Of a stretch of 64,000 nt of DNA, positions 9,669-20,461 are shown one piece after another. Source of the stretch: an uncultured Clostridia bacterium (GTDB lineage: Bacteria > Bacillota > Clostridia > Oscillospirales > Acutalibacteraceae); NCBI GenBank assembly GCA_947593615.1, contig CANQDR010000009.1:2018-66017 (forward strand). The letters run 5' to 3'. The notes below the pieces were generated by a model. It made no database searches, was not told the DNA's origin, and was given only the letters and a program-made list of their open reading frames with translations. Each line of letters begins with the position of its first letter. Position 1 is the first letter of the stretch. The translations under genes and the position numbers were made by a program.

Positions 9669-11123
9669 TTATTTTTTATTTATTTTCTGAGCATACTTAT
9701 CTACAAATATTTCTCTCGGAATTTCAGCATTATAATTTCCGCTGAAGCATCCGTCACATAAATCTATGTCTGCGCCTTCCGCTATTTTTCTTACACTTTC
9801 AAGGCTTAAATAGCCGAGAGAATCTGCGCCTATTGTTTCTTTTATTTCATCAACGCTCATCTTGTTGGCAATAAGGCTTTCTTTGTCGTGAATATCAATT
9901 CCGAAATAGCATGGGCATACAAAAGGCGGAGAGCTTATGAGCATATGTACCTCTTTTGCTCCTGCATTTCGCATTAACTTTATGATATGTCTTGAGGTAT
10001 CGCCCCGCATAATTGAGTCGTCTATAATGACAACACGCTTGCCGTTTACGTTTGATTTAAGAGCTGTAAGGCGTGTTTTCAGTAAACGCGCCATCTTATC
10101 TTTGCCTGTGCCGACAGTTCTTCCTATGTATTTATTCTTGACAAATCCTGTGCCGTACGGAATTCCTGAGGCTTTTGCATATCCTTCAGCCGCAACAAGT
10201 CCCGAATCGGGAATTCCGCAGACCATATCTGCTTCAATGGGAAATTCCTTATAAAGCAGTTCACCTGCCTTAAAACGTGCCTGATGCACGCTTACTCCGT
10301 TTACTACGCTGTCGGGACGTGCAACATAAACATACTCAAAAATACAGAAAGAAGTTTTGTCTGCCGTTATTTTTGATTTGTAGCTGTGAAATCCGTCTTC
10401 GTCAATAACTATCATTTCACCCGGTTCAACATCGCGGATAAATTCTCCGCCGATACTGTCTATTACACAGCTTTCAGAAGAAATAACATAACTGTTTTTT
10501 ATTTTTCCTATGCAAAGCGGACGAAAGCCGTAAATATCACGGAAACCGATAAGGCGCGAGGGAGCACATATTACGGTGGAATACGCTCCTTTGAGCTTAT
10601 CCATTGAATTTAAAACAGCATCTTCAAGATTATCTGTAGAACATCTTTCGGTCGCTATTACATATCCCATTAATTCAGCATTTGAGTTTGACTGAAAGAT
10701 TGCTCCTCCGCGTTCAAGCTCTTTGCGGATTTCAGGGAAATTAGTTATTGAGCCGTTGCTCGCAATTGCAATTGAACCCTCTTTGTAACGGAGTACAAGT
10801 GGCTGATTGGAAGCGCGGTCAAGACTTTCGCTTGCCGTATATCTAACATGACCCACAGCTATTTTGCCGTTTTTGAGTCTGGACAGAGATTTTTCATTAA
10901 AAACCTCTGATACCATTCCAAGCTCTTTTACGGTTAAAAACTCACCGTCAACATTTACGGTTATGCCTGCGCTTTCCTGTCCTCTGTGCTGCAAACCGAA
11001 AAGAGCGTCATTTGTGAGCTGAACGCTGTCCAAGTCGTCGTCATTTCTGTAAATGCCGAAAACTCCGCATTCATCGTTCACTTTATCAAGTTTAGCGTCG
11101 ATGTCAACATAATTTTTAATCAA
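9669..11123 (-). CDS. purF: Amidophosphoribosyltransferase
   Basis: 484 aa. It has an N-terminal propeptide followed by CGVFGI, a PRPP-binding site (VVIIDDSIMRGDT) and C-terminal Cys residues. Confidence 0.95.
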   Translation of the reverse strand: MIKNYVDIDAKLDKVNDECGVFGIYRNDDDLDSVQLTNDALFGLQHRGQESAGITVNVDGEFLTVKELGMVSEVFNEKSLSRLKNGKIAVGHVRYTASESLDRASNQPLVLRYKEGSIAIASNGSITNFPEIRKELERGGAIFQSNSNAELMGYVIATERCSTDNLEDAVLNSMDKLKGAYSTVICAPSRLIGFRDIYGFRPLCIGKIKNSYVISSESCVIDSIGGEFIRDVEPGEMIVIDEDGFHSYKSKITADKTSFCIFEYVYVARPDSVVNGVSVHQARFKAGELLYKEFPIEADMVCGIPDSGLVAAEGYAKASGIPYGTGFVKNKYIGRTVGTGKDKMARLLKTRLTALKSNVNGKRVVIIDDSIMRGDTSRHIIKLMRNAGAKEVHMLISSPPFVCPCYFGIDIHDKESLIANKMSVDEIKETIGADSLGYLSLESVRKIAEGADIDLCDGCFSGNYNAEIPREIFVDKYAQKINKK

Positions 11124-11617
11124 AGCTCTGCCACCTTAACCTGCATTGCCTTATCTTTTTCGGCAACGCCCTTTTCCATATCCGATTTCATATCTTCAAG
11201 CTTCTGAGCAAGCGTATCGTCTGAAAGCGCAAGGATTTCAACTGCCAAAATTGCCGCATTAGCCGCACCGTCAACTGCTACGGTTGCAACAGGAATTCCT
11301 GTCGGCATCATAACTGTGGCAAGAAGTGCGTCCATTCCGTCAAGCTGTGCCGATTTGCAGGGGATTCCGATTACAGGAAGCGTGGTTTTTGCTGCAAGCA
11401 CCCCTGCAAGATGAGCCGCCATACCGGCTGCTGCAATAATTACTCCGAATCCGTTTTTCTTTGCGTTTGCCGAGAATTCAATTGCCGCGTCGGGAGTTCT
11501 GTGTGCGCTCATAACGTGTACTTCGTACTCAACGCCAAATTCCTTTAGCTTTTTGACAGCCTTTGAAACTACGGGAAAATCACTGTCCGAACCCATTATT
11601 ATTGCAACTTTCTTCAT
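11120..11617 (-). CDS. purE: N5-carboxyaminoimidazole ribonucleotide mutase
   Basis: 165 aa. Motifs seen: [24 protein letters not shown]. It overlaps purF by 4 nt. Confidence 0.95.
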   Translation of the reverse strand: MKKVAIIMGSDSDFPVVSKAVKKLKEFGVEYEVHVMSAHRTPDAAIEFSANAKKNGFGVIIAAAGMAAHLAGVLAAKTTLPVIGIPCKSAQLDGMDALLATVMMPTGIPVATVAVDGAANAAILAVEILALSDDTLAQKLEDMKSDMEKGVAEKDKAMQVKVAEL

Positions 11618-11787
11618 AATCTGCTCCTTATTCAGGGCGCGTCAAATACTTTTATAATGCGCCGAAATTATAATTCTTAACTTATATATTATATAAAATA
11701 AACTGATAAAATTCAATAGAATACGATAATTATTTTAAAATATGAAATATACTTTAAAAGTTAATAAAAGTTAAATTAACGATAACG

Positions 11788-13302
11788 TTATTTCTTTGTC
11801 TGAGCTATGATTTCATCGGGCGTCGAAGTTTCATCTAAATACGGTCGTTCTGACGATATTGTTCCGTTTGTCGTTACTCCTGTTTCATCAGCATCTTTCA
11901 TATTAGGAAACAGAAAATTCATATGTTCATCGTCAAATGCTTTATCAAGATATTTTTCAAAATTGCTTGAAGCAGGTATTCCTTCATCTCGCTTCGTCCA
12001 TCTGTATGTTGCACACACCGACATAAAAGCGTTAAAAACCATAAAAATTATTAGAAACGTAGTTATTATTGAACCGGCGCGTTTTGGCATTTTTTCTATG
12101 AGTTTTGACGCCCACGGATAAAGATAGCGCACCCAGACAAGTCCGAGAAATCCCCATATGAGAGCATACATCAGGTTTGTCCTGCCGTCAAGATTGAAAG
12201 GCGTGTCGCTGTAGTCCCACGAAACCGTTCCAAAAAGCGTTTCCTGAAACCACGAGCAAAAATATTCAAATCCCGCGCCTACAACTGCGCTTATTACAAA
12301 AATCATTGTATCGCTCAGCTTATAAAGCTTGTAAAGCACTGCAGTAAGGAAGCAAGCTCCTCCGCCGTAAACGGGAATGAACGGGCCGTAAACCATACCT
12401 ACGCGAATTTCAAACTGACCTTCTGTGAGCAGCGCCCATATAGTTTCAAAAACAGTCCCTAAAAAAGAACCAATTACAAAAAGATAAAAGAGCTTTGTAA
12501 AGCAAAAGCCAAACGCAAACGGCTTTTCCTCCTTGTTTTCATACACCATTGTGTATTCTTTCATATTATCAGCTTTGATTTCCTCAATTTTTGCGGCTAT
12601 CTGTTTTACATAAGCCGTCTTTTTCAAATCGGGAAATGCGGATACCAATCTTTTTCTTAATATACTTTCCGTAAAAAGCTTATTGTAGTTTTGCTCGAGT
12701 TCTTCAATCTTTTCCTGCGGAACATCACTCCCCAACAAACTCGAAACTCCGTTAAGCTTTTTGATTTTTCGCTGTAATTTAAGAGTAGTAGTAATTGCAA
12801 AAACATAGTCGATCAATATTACAGCGCAAATAGAAAGAACAACAATCAGATTTACGGTGAACGGAATCAGCTCAATTACTGTGTTAAGTACGGGAATAAG
12901 CACGCCTACAAGTATAAGTCCGAGCAATCCCAAAAACAAAGCATACGGCAAGGTGATGTAACTGCTTATATTAAGCTTCATATCCGAAAAATCCCAAGGC
13001 TTAAAGCCAAGTAATTTTTCAGTTACAAAACCTATGATTACTACAAGAAACGACAGCAAAATACTGCTTCCGAAAAAAAGTATTAATTTATTTGACGTAA
13101 AAGGATTTAATACAAGATAGCATATTACGGAACAAAAACCGTAGGACGGACAAAACGGCGAAGTCAGCAGACCCTTGTTATAAAACTTCTTCTCCGCAAA
13201 AAGTGTGCGAATTCCGTTTGACAACCATCCGAAAAACGAAAAAATCACAAAATACCAAAGCAAGTCCAGAATCAACATTTTATACCCCTTAAACAATTCC
13301 AC
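11788..13302 (-). CDS. Polytopic membrane protein with an internally duplicated 'putative ABC-transporter type IV'-like module
   Basis: 504 aa. Two related multi-TM halves (FFGWLSNGIRT...PFCPSYGF and FLGTVFETIWA...GPFIPVYGGG) are joined by a charged coiled linker. Confidence 0.6.
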   Translation of the reverse strand: MELFKGYKMLILDLLWYFVIFSFFGWLSNGIRTLFAEKKFYNKGLLTSPFCPSYGFCSVICYLVLNPFTSNKLILFFGSSILLSFLVVIIGFVTEKLLGFKPWDFSDMKLNISSYITLPYALFLGLLGLILVGVLIPVLNTVIELIPFTVNLIVVLSICAVILIDYVFAITTTLKLQRKIKKLNGVSSLLGSDVPQEKIEELEQNYNKLFTESILRKRLVSAFPDLKKTAYVKQIAAKIEEIKADNMKEYTMVYENKEEKPFAFGFCFTKLFYLFVIGSFLGTVFETIWALLTEGQFEIRVGMVYGPFIPVYGGGACFLTAVLYKLYKLSDTMIFVISAVVGAGFEYFCSWFQETLFGTVSWDYSDTPFNLDGRTNLMYALIWGFLGLVWVRYLYPWASKLIEKMPKRAGSIITTFLIIFMVFNAFMSVCATYRWTKRDEGIPASSNFEKYLDKAFDDEHMNFLFPNMKDADETGVTTNGTISSERPYLDETSTPDEIIAQTKK

Positions 13303-13326
13303 TTATCTGATTAATTAAAAATTCTA

Positions 13327-13351
13327 AGGCGCAGTTAAATAAACTGCGCCT
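13327..13351 (-). terminator. Intrinsic terminator downstream of the SPFH gene
   Basis: AGGCGCAGTT / AACTGCGCCT forms a 10-bp stem. A T-rich tract follows on the minus strand. Confidence 0.7.
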
Positions 13352-13369
13352 GTATTTTAAATATATATA

Positions 13370-14290
13370 TCAGGACTGTTCTTTTGAAACGCTATCATTC
13401 CAAAGCTCCTTGATAGCTGTAACATTGCCTGCAAGTCCCTGAATATCTGACGGAATAATAATTTTTGTAGCCTTTCCGTCAGCTGCTTTGCCAAATGCCT
13501 CAAGCGATTTAAGCTGAATAATGCGGTCGGTCGGAGCCGCTTCGTTTAACATTCTGAGAGCGTCAGCATTAGCCTTTTGTACTGTGAGAATAGCCTCTGC
13601 TTCACCCTGCGCCTCTCTGATTTTTTGCTCTTTAACTGCGTCTGCTTTAAGAATAGCTGACTCTTTCATACCCTCTGCAACAAGAATCTGGCTTCTTTTT
13701 TCACCCTCTGCGTCAAGAATTCTTGCACGGCGTTCACGCTCAGCCTTCATCTGCTTTTCCATTGCATCCTGAATTTCACGCGGCGGAAGAATATTCTTCA
13801 GCTCAACACGAATAACCTTAATACCCCAAGCATCGGTTGCTTCATCAAGAATAATTCTGATTTTGTCGTTAATTGTATCTCTTGATGTAAGAGTATTATC
13901 AAGTTCAAGGTCACCGATTATATTACGCAAAGTTGTTGCTGTAAGATTTTCAATAGCGCTCAGCGGACGTTCAACACCATAGCAATAAAGCTTTGGGTCG
14001 GTAATTTCAAAGTAAACTACAGTATCTATCTGCATTGTAACATTATCGCGTGTAATAACAGGCTGAGGCGGAAAATCAACAACCTGCTCCTTTAACGATA
14101 CCTTTTTGGAAATCTTATCAATAAACGGGATTTTTATGTGAAGTCCAGTATCCCATGTGGCATAATACGCTCCAAGACGCTCCAATACGTATGCATGAGC
14201 CTGCGGTACGATTTTTACGTTGCTTATGATGATGATTAAAAATATAAAAATAATTATTGCAAGTATAACAAAACCAATAATTCCTTCCAT
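13370..14290 (-). CDS. SPFH/band-7 (stomatin/prohibitin-like) membrane protein
   Basis: 306 aa. It has an N-terminal TM, a band-7 core (VPQAHAYVLERLG...ITRDNV), and a C-terminal Ala/Glu-rich coiled coil. Confidence 0.88.
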   Translation of the reverse strand: MEGIIGFVILAIIIFIFLIIIISNVKIVPQAHAYVLERLGAYYATWDTGLHIKIPFIDKISKKVSLKEQVVDFPPQPVITRDNVTMQIDTVVYFEITDPKLYCYGVERPLSAIENLTATTLRNIIGDLELDNTLTSRDTINDKIRIILDEATDAWGIKVIRVELKNILPPREIQDAMEKQMKAERERRARILDAEGEKRSQILVAEGMKESAILKADAVKEQKIREAQGEAEAILTVQKANADALRMLNEAAPTDRIIQLKSLEAFGKAADGKATKIIIPSDIQGLAGNVTAIKELWNDSVSKEQS

Positions 14291-14308
14291 TATTAACTCC
14301 TCCTAAAT

Positions 14309-14746
14309 TTATTGTATCGGCTTAACAATGAGCTTTACGCCCTCAATTGCAAGCACTGTTACTTTGCTGTTCTTTTCAATCGGTGTAAAATCCGATTTTG
14401 CACTCCAGATCTCACCCTCAACTCTAACCTGACCGACTGACTGAGGATCTGAAATATCCGTCATAAGAACGCCTGTTTTCCCAATTAGTCTGTCAGCATT
14501 AGTGCCTATATTTGTTCTTTTTCTCTTAAATCTTCTTACCAGCGGTCTGGTAATTATCAATGCTATAAGAGAAACCAAAAGGAACACAGCAGACTGAATC
14601 GGTATTGACGGAGTGAAAATTGTTGTAATTGCGGCGCATATCGAACCGAACACAAACCATATTGAAACAAGCTGTGTAGTGAATGCTTCGCATACCGCCA
14701 TTATTATTGCAAATCCTATCCATATAAACGGCATATATTGCTCCAT
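14309..14746 (-). CDS. NfeD-family membrane protein (partner of the SPFH protein)
   Basis: 145 aa. It has three TM segments and a C-terminal OB-like beta domain (GQVRVEGEIWSAKS), and sits directly upstream of the SPFH gene. Confidence 0.8.
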   Translation of the reverse strand: MEQYMPFIWIGFAIIMAVCEAFTTQLVSIWFVFGSICAAITTIFTPSIPIQSAVFLLVSLIALIITRPLVRRFKRKRTNIGTNADRLIGKTGVLMTDISDPQSVGQVRVEGEIWSAKSDFTPIEKNSKVTVLAIEGVKLIVKPIQ

Positions 14747-14874
14747 ATTCTATCCCCTTTCTTCGTTTAATTCTATCATAATAAGACTTAATAGTCAATT
14801 TATTTATATAATAATCTACACATTTTATTTATTATGTGCTATAATATAAATAATATTAAACGGCAGGTGATTTT

Positions 14875-15477
14875 ATGGCTTTTGATACATTTGACGAAGG
14901 CATAGTTCCGGGCGGAATGAGAAGCAAAAATGAAATCAGAACACTGATTTGTTATCTTTTTAATTCTGTTAAAGAAAATATGGACAAAGATTTAATTGTT
15001 CAGGCAATACTTAAGCAGGGTCTTGCCAATTATTTTGAAACAAGCTCCGCTTTTGATGATTTGATTGTAAACGGAAATCTTGCCGAAAGCGAATGTGTTA
15101 ACGGTGTAATGACATATAAACTGACAGATAACGGAAAAATGATTGCAAATCAACTTGAAACAACTCTTGCATACACCGTAAAAGAAAAAGCATACGCCTG
15201 TGCGGTAAAGCTTCTTGCAGAGAAAAAAACCGAGCGTGAAAACTCGGTTGAGATCAACAAAACCGATAACGGCTTTAATGTTTTTTGCAGAATTTCAGGC
15301 GGCGAAAACGACTTGCTTTCATTTACTCTGTATGCTCCAAGCTTTGAGCAGGCTATGCTTATGAAAAAGAATTTTTATGACAATCCGTCAACGGTTTACA
15401 AAGTTATGCTTGCACTTATGACAAAGGATAAGGACAATGTTGGAGAAGCGCTTGAAGAGCTATACGGCGTGCTTTAA
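14875..15477 (+). CDS. Conserved hypothetical cytoplasmic protein (possibly DUF4364-like)
   Basis: 200-aa ORF in the clean coding frame with an AGGTGA SD upstream. The family assignment is from memory only. Confidence 0.55.
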   Translation: MAFDTFDEGIVPGGMRSKNEIRTLICYLFNSVKENMDKDLIVQAILKQGLANYFETSSAFDDLIVNGNLAESECVNGVMTYKLTDNGKMIANQLETTLAYTVKEKAYACAVKLLAEKKTERENSVEINKTDNGFNVFCRISGGENDLLSFTLYAPSFEQAMLMKKNFYDNPSTVYKVMLALMTKDKDNVGEALEELYGVL

Positions 15478-15747
15478 TTAAAAATATAAATTTAAAGCCA
15501 ACATAAGTGTTACCCCGGGTACTCCACCGATTAACGACACGAGTATTGACAGCAGACTCACGGGAAGATATACTCCGGTTATGCCTCCGGTAAGATTTAC
15601 CGCAAGCAAAGTTAATGCTCCAACACAAAGCGAGATAAGAGACCGTTTAAGCGGCCGCTTGTTTTTTCCTGCATAATGTATAACGGCAAAAATTATAAAT
15701 GCTGAAAATAATATTAAACCTGTTCCCCATAAAGGCATATTTAACAA
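15478..15747 (-). CDS. bofA: Pro-sigmaK processing inhibitor BofA family protein
   Basis: 89 aa with two TM segments. The KRPLKRSLISL...GALTLLAVNL...GVYLPVSLLSILVSLIGGVPGV layout is like B. subtilis BofA. Confidence 0.7.
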   Translation of the reverse strand: MLNMPLWGTGLILFSAFIIFAVIHYAGKNKRPLKRSLISLCVGALTLLAVNLTGGITGVYLPVSLLSILVSLIGGVPGVTLMLALNLYF

Positions 15748-15756
15748 CTCCGCAAA

Positions 15757-15788
15757 TTAAAAATAGACCGTCGGTTATCCGACGGTCT
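15757..15788 (-). terminator. Intrinsic terminator downstream of secG
   Basis: AGACCGTCGG-TTAT-CCGACGGTCT is a perfect 10-bp stem. ATTTTT follows on the minus strand. Confidence 0.85.
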
Positions 15789-15829
15789 ATAATTATGCTG
15801 AAAAAATTAAAAATATGACTTATACAATG

Positions 15830-16081
15830 CTACAGTATGTCAAAATGTGCAAGCACATTAAGCGCAATTACAAAGAGAACAAATATTGCAGCAAAAACCT
15901 TTGTCCAGCGGGAAAGGAAAGCATCAATTGAACGAGCCTTATTTTTTGAAAAATAAGAGTCAGCTGCACCTGTTACTACTCCAAGACCCTGCTGATTACC
16001 TTCCTGAAGAATAATTACAACAATAATTGCGATTGATACTACACCAAGTAAAATACCGAGAACAATACCCCAAACGCTCAT
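15830..16081 (-). CDS. secG: Preprotein translocase subunit SecG
   Basis: 83 aa with two TM segments and the central loop LQEGNQQGLG. Confidence 0.8.
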   Translation of the reverse strand: MSVWGIVLGILLGVVSIAIIVVIILQEGNQQGLGVVTGAADSYFSKNKARSIDAFLSRWTKVFAAIFVLFVIALNVLAHFDIL

Positions 16082-16191
16082 TTTATATCATCCTTTCATA
16101 GAATTGTAAAATTACATTATTTAACTAAATCATAATAACATATAAATCAGCTTTTTTCAAGCATTTTTTGAATTTTTTATTTAATAATAAT

Positions 16192-18432
16192 TTATAACAG
16201 TGAGAGCTGTTCGTCTGCCATATCTTCATTTGACAAAAGCGCTCCCAATGCAGGGAGAGAACGCGTCCTGTATCGCTGAGGTTTTGCAAAAGTACCTTCT
16301 TTGTACTCTTCTATTTCAAATAATCTTTGACCCTTTTTAAGTTTCATTACAGCTACTCCCTGAGTGGAACGGGTAGATTTAAGAGCAAGAGCACCCGAAT
16401 GCACAAGCAGCATTCTGCCGGAAGATGATTTTAAGAGAATTTCTTTGTCCTCATCAATACACAAAACACCCGTAAGCGGAGATTTGTCTGAATATGCTCC
16501 CGTAAGCTTTTTGCGGTTTGTTTTTGTTTCATAGGAACTAAGCGGCACTTTTGCAATTTTACCATTTTCAAAAGCAAATATGATTATTCCCTTATAGTCC
16601 TTTGTCGCAATCATTTTTACCGCGTTTTCGTTTTCATCCATTGAAAGCTTGGCAGATACGTAATCGCCGAGAACGCTTGCCTTTGTATCTGAAAAATCAG
16701 AGGCTTTTGCTTTATACACCTGACACTTATCGGTAAAGAACAGCAAATCGCAGTTATTTGAAAATTCAATTTCCTGTATAATCTCATCGCCGTCTTTAAG
16801 CTTGTGTGCTCCGCTCATTCTGAGGGACTGAGGCGTGATTTTTTTGAAATATCCTTCCTTGGTAAAGAATAAAGTTACGGGATAATCGGGAACTTCCTCA
16901 ATTTCCTCCTCGTACTTTGCATTATCATCATAGATTATCATACTTCTGCGCGGCTGACCGTATTTTTCGCCAATTTCCTTTAATTCTTTGACTATAATCG
17001 TCTTTACTCTTGACTTGCTTTTAAGTATTTCATCAAGCTCGGCAATTTCTTTTTCCAAATCTTCAATATCTTTTGTACGCTTTAAAATATACTCCCTGTT
17101 GAGGTGGCGCAGTTTAATTTCAGCCACATATTCAGCCTGAGTTTTATCTATGCCGAATCCTATCATAAGGTTTGGAACGACCTCTGCCTCTTCGTCTGTT
17201 TCACGGATTATTTTAATTGCCCTGTCAATATCAAGCAGAATTTTTTCAAGACCTTTGAGCAAATGAAGTTTGTCTGCCTTTTTGCTTCTGTCATAATATG
17301 TTCTGCGTTTTACGCACTCTATTCTGAAAGCTATCCATTCTTCAAGAAGTTCTTTAACTCCAAGCACCATAGGCACTCCGCCTATAAGCACGTTAAAGTT
17401 GCAGGCATAGGAATCCTCAAGTGTGGTAAAACGGCAGAGCTTTGTCATAAGTTTGTCAGGATCAACTCCGCGCTTTAAGTCGATTGTTATTTTGAGTCCG
17501 TCTATACCGGTTTCATCACGCACATCGGAAATCTCTTTTAATTTTCCCTGTTTTACAAGGTCGATAATTTTTTCAATTATGACTTCACACGTAGTAGTAG
17601 ATGGAATTGCAAGAATATCAATGCAGTTTGCCGACTTGTCATACTCATACTTTGCACGGAGCTTAATACTGCCCCTGCCTGTTTCATAAACCTGGTCAAT
17701 CACCTTTTCATCATAAATAATCTGACAACCTCCGATAAAATCGGGTGCAGGCAGAGTTGACTTTACATCGTGGTTCGGGTCACGAATAAGGGCGGCAGTT
17801 GTTTCACAGACTTCCTTTAAATTAAACGAGCATATATTAGAAGCCATACCTACGGCTATTCCCGTATTTGCATTTACAAGTACAGACGGAAAAACAGCCG
17901 GCAGTAATGACGGCTCTTTCATTGTATTGTCATAGTTGTCAACAAAATCCACGGTATCTTTATCTATGTCGCGAAACAGCTCGTTGCATATGGGTGCAAG
18001 CTTTGCTTCGGTATATCTCGAAGCCGCCCATGCCATATCTCGGCTGTAGAACTTTCCGAAATTTCCCTTTGAGTCAACATACGGATGAAGAAGAGCCTCA
18101 TATCCGCGTGAAAGACGTACCATAGTATCGTATATTGCGGAATCGCCGTGAGGATTAAGCTTCATTGTTGCACCGACAATATTAGCGGATTTTGTTCTTG
18201 CGCCGTTTAACAATCCCATTTTATACATAGTATAAAGAAGCTTCCTGTGAGACGGCTTAAAGCCGTCAATTTCGGGAATTGCTCTGGACATAATTACGCT
18301 CATTGCATAGGGCATATAGTTTTCACGGATTGTGGAAACTATGGGCTGTTCAACTACGTCGCCTGCACCGTTGATGACACCGTGTGTTTTCATTACAGCA
18401 GGCTTTTTAGGCGTTTTCTTTTTTGAAGCCAT
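16192..18432 (-). CDS. Type IIA DNA topoisomerase subunit A (ParC/GyrA-like, divergent)
   Basis: 746 aa. Motifs seen: YMPYAMSVIMSRAIPEIDGFKPSHRKLLY, HPHGDSAIYD, and the catalytic Tyr context AASRYTEAKL. GGAGG lies 9 nt upstream of the ATG. Confidence 0.88.
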   Translation of the reverse strand: MASKKKTPKKPAVMKTHGVINGAGDVVEQPIVSTIRENYMPYAMSVIMSRAIPEIDGFKPSHRKLLYTMYKMGLLNGARTKSANIVGATMKLNPHGDSAIYDTMVRLSRGYEALLHPYVDSKGNFGKFYSRDMAWAASRYTEAKLAPICNELFRDIDKDTVDFVDNYDNTMKEPSLLPAVFPSVLVNANTGIAVGMASNICSFNLKEVCETTAALIRDPNHDVKSTLPAPDFIGGCQIIYDEKVIDQVYETGRGSIKLRAKYEYDKSANCIDILAIPSTTTCEVIIEKIIDLVKQGKLKEISDVRDETGIDGLKITIDLKRGVDPDKLMTKLCRFTTLEDSYACNFNVLIGGVPMVLGVKELLEEWIAFRIECVKRRTYYDRSKKADKLHLLKGLEKILLDIDRAIKIIRETDEEAEVVPNLMIGFGIDKTQAEYVAEIKLRHLNREYILKRTKDIEDLEKEIAELDEILKSKSRVKTIIVKELKEIGEKYGQPRRSMIIYDDNAKYEEEIEEVPDYPVTLFFTKEGYFKKITPQSLRMSGAHKLKDGDEIIQEIEFSNNCDLLFFTDKCQVYKAKASDFSDTKASVLGDYVSAKLSMDENENAVKMIATKDYKGIIIFAFENGKIAKVPLSSYETKTNRKKLTGAYSDKSPLTGVLCIDEDKEILLKSSSGRMLLVHSGALALKSTRSTQGVAVMKLKKGQRLFEIEEYKEGTFAKPQRYRTRSLPALGALLSNEDMADEQLSLL

Positions 18433-18448
18433 TGCTTTCCGCCTCCAA

Positions 18449-20461
18449 TCAGCTTACATCAAGATTATCTATATATTCATTACCGTGCTCTACAATATAA
18501 TCCTTTCTGCCCTGAAGATTGTCGCCGAGCAAAATATCAAAAATTTCGGCAGTCTGAGCCGCATCATCAGGCATAACCTTGATAAGACGGCGGGTATCAG
18601 GATTCATTGTCGTCAGGTTCATCATATCGGGCTCGTTTTCGCCAAGACCCTTGCTTCGCTGAATCGTAAACTTTTCCTTGCCGATTTGAGCAATGAATTT
18701 GTCCTTTTCAATTTCATCATAAGCAAAATAAACATCGTTTTTTGAGGTTATTTCATAAAGAGGCGATTCGGCTATAAAAACCTTTCCCTCTTCAATAAGA
18801 GTAGGCGTAAGCCTGTAAAGCATTGTGAGAAGGAGCGTTCTAATCTGAAATCCATCAACATCGGCATCAGTACAGAGAATTACTTTGTTCCAGCGCAGAG
18901 CATCCATATCAAAGCTTGACAGATTTTTATTTGCCTTGGATTTAACCTCAACTCCGCAGCCGAGAACTTTGAGCAAATCGGTAATGATCTCGCTCTTAAA
19001 AATTTTATCGTAATCTGCCTTTAGGCAGTTAAGTATCTTACCTCTAATCGGCATAATAGCCTGAAAATCAGGGTCGCGCGCCTGTTTGCAGGCACCGAGC
19101 GCAGAGTCACCCTCTACTATAAAAAGCTCGCGCACGGAAACATCCTTGCTGCGGCAGTCAACAAACTTTGCAACGCGGTTTGTTATGTCAAGATTTCCCG
19201 AAAGCTTTTTCTTTATGTTGAGGCGGGTTTTCTCGGCATTTTCGCGGCTTCTCTTATTTACAAGCACCTGCTCGGCTATTTTTTCTGCCTCGAGCGGATT
19301 TTCAATAAAATAAACCTCAAGACTTTGCCTTAAAAATGCTGTCATTGCATCCTGAATACCCTTATTGGTAACAGCTTTTTTTGTTTGGTTTTCATAAGAA
19401 GATACGCTTGAAAATGACGAAATAACACATATTAAGCTGTCTTCAACATCATCATATTTTATTTTGCTTTCTGTCTTGTTATATTTATTGTTCTGTTTTA
19501 AGTAATTGTCAATCTGATATACAAAAGCGTTTCTCACCGCTTTATCGGGCGCTCCCCCATGTTCAAGCCAGCTTGAATTGTGATAATACTCCGTAAGATT
19601 TACCTTGTTTGAAAAGGCCACGGCAATATCCATTTTGCATTTGTATTCAGGCTTATCTTCACGGTCACGAGTCTTGCACTCTGTTTCCCAATGTTGAATT
19701 GAAGTGAGTCCGTCTTCTCCGATTATCTCGGCTACGTGGTCAACAACTCCGTTTGCATAGTTGAAACTTGTGGTATCATATGACTTTCCGTTCTGGTTTC
19801 TGAATATAAATTCAACGCCTGCATTTACAATTGCCTGACGTTTCATTATATCTAAAAAATATTCGGGCTGAACCGCTATATCGGTAAACACCTCAAGGTC
19901 AGGCTTCCAATGGATTTTTGTACCCGTATCCTTTTTGCTGTAGGGTTCTTTTTTTAGTCCGCCTATATTCTCGCCCTTTTCAAAGTGAAGCGTATAGCGG
20001 AATCCGTCACGGCGAATGTCAACATCCATATACTCGGAGCTGTACTGCGTAGAGCAAAGTCCGAGTCCGTTCATGCCAAGCGAAAACTCGTAGCTTTCGC
20101 CCTCGTTGTTATTATATTTTCCGCCGGCGTACATTTCACAGAACACAAGCTCCCAGTTGAACATCTTTTCCTTTTCGTTGTAATCTACAGGGATGCCTCG
20201 TCCGTGGTCCTCAACTTCAATTGAACCGTCTGCGTATCTGGTTACGGAAATCTGCTTGCCGTATCCCTCTCTTGCCTCGTCAATGGAGTTTGAAAGAATT
20301 TCAAATACAGAATGCTGGCAGCCGTCAATTCCGTCAGAACCGAAAATTACCGCAGGTCTTTTGCGGACACGGTCGGCACCTTTGAGGGTCGTGATGCTGG
20401 TATTATCGTATTCGTTGGTTTTCCTTCTTGGCATTGTATTTTTCCTCTGTTTCTTTATCAT
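18449..20461 (-). CDS. Type IIA DNA topoisomerase subunit B (ParE/GyrB-like, divergent). The alternative start is the ATG at 20434.
   Basis: 670 aa. It has a GHKL ATPase ([17 protein letters not shown]), a TOPRIM domain (LFIVEGDSA) and DADVDG. The ATG at 20461 overlaps the uvrB stop as ATGA. An internal ATG at 20434 has an AGAGGA SD. Confidence 0.88.
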   Translation of the reverse strand: MIKKQRKNTMPRRKTNEYDNTSITTLKGADRVRKRPAVIFGSDGIDGCQHSVFEILSNSIDEAREGYGKQISVTRYADGSIEVEDHGRGIPVDYNEKEKMFNWELVFCEMYAGGKYNNNEGESYEFSLGMNGLGLCSTQYSSEYMDVDIRRDGFRYTLHFEKGENIGGLKKEPYSKKDTGTKIHWKPDLEVFTDIAVQPEYFLDIMKRQAIVNAGVEFIFRNQNGKSYDTTSFNYANGVVDHVAEIIGEDGLTSIQHWETECKTRDREDKPEYKCKMDIAVAFSNKVNLTEYYHNSSWLEHGGAPDKAVRNAFVYQIDNYLKQNNKYNKTESKIKYDDVEDSLICVISSFSSVSSYENQTKKAVTNKGIQDAMTAFLRQSLEVYFIENPLEAEKIAEQVLVNKRSRENAEKTRLNIKKKLSGNLDITNRVAKFVDCRSKDVSVRELFIVEGDSALGACKQARDPDFQAIMPIRGKILNCLKADYDKIFKSEIITDLLKVLGCGVEVKSKANKNLSSFDMDALRWNKVILCTDADVDGFQIRTLLLTMLYRLTPTLIEEGKVFIAESPLYEITSKNDVYFAYDEIEKDKFIAQIGKEKFTIQRSKGLGENEPDMMNLTTMNPDTRRLIKVMPDDAAQTAEIFDILLGDNLQGRKDYIVEHGNEYIDNLDVS

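Noticed and set aside
11618-11787. Possible purine or ZTP riboswitch in the pur operon leader
   Set aside because: On the minus strand I find only one hairpin (GGCGC-N18-GCGCC) just before the AAGGAG SD. The three-way junction with conserved J1/2 UAUAAU and J2/3 segments of a purine riboswitch is absent, and so is the ZTP pseudoknot consensus. The hairpin may still be regulatory, but I cannot assign a class to it.
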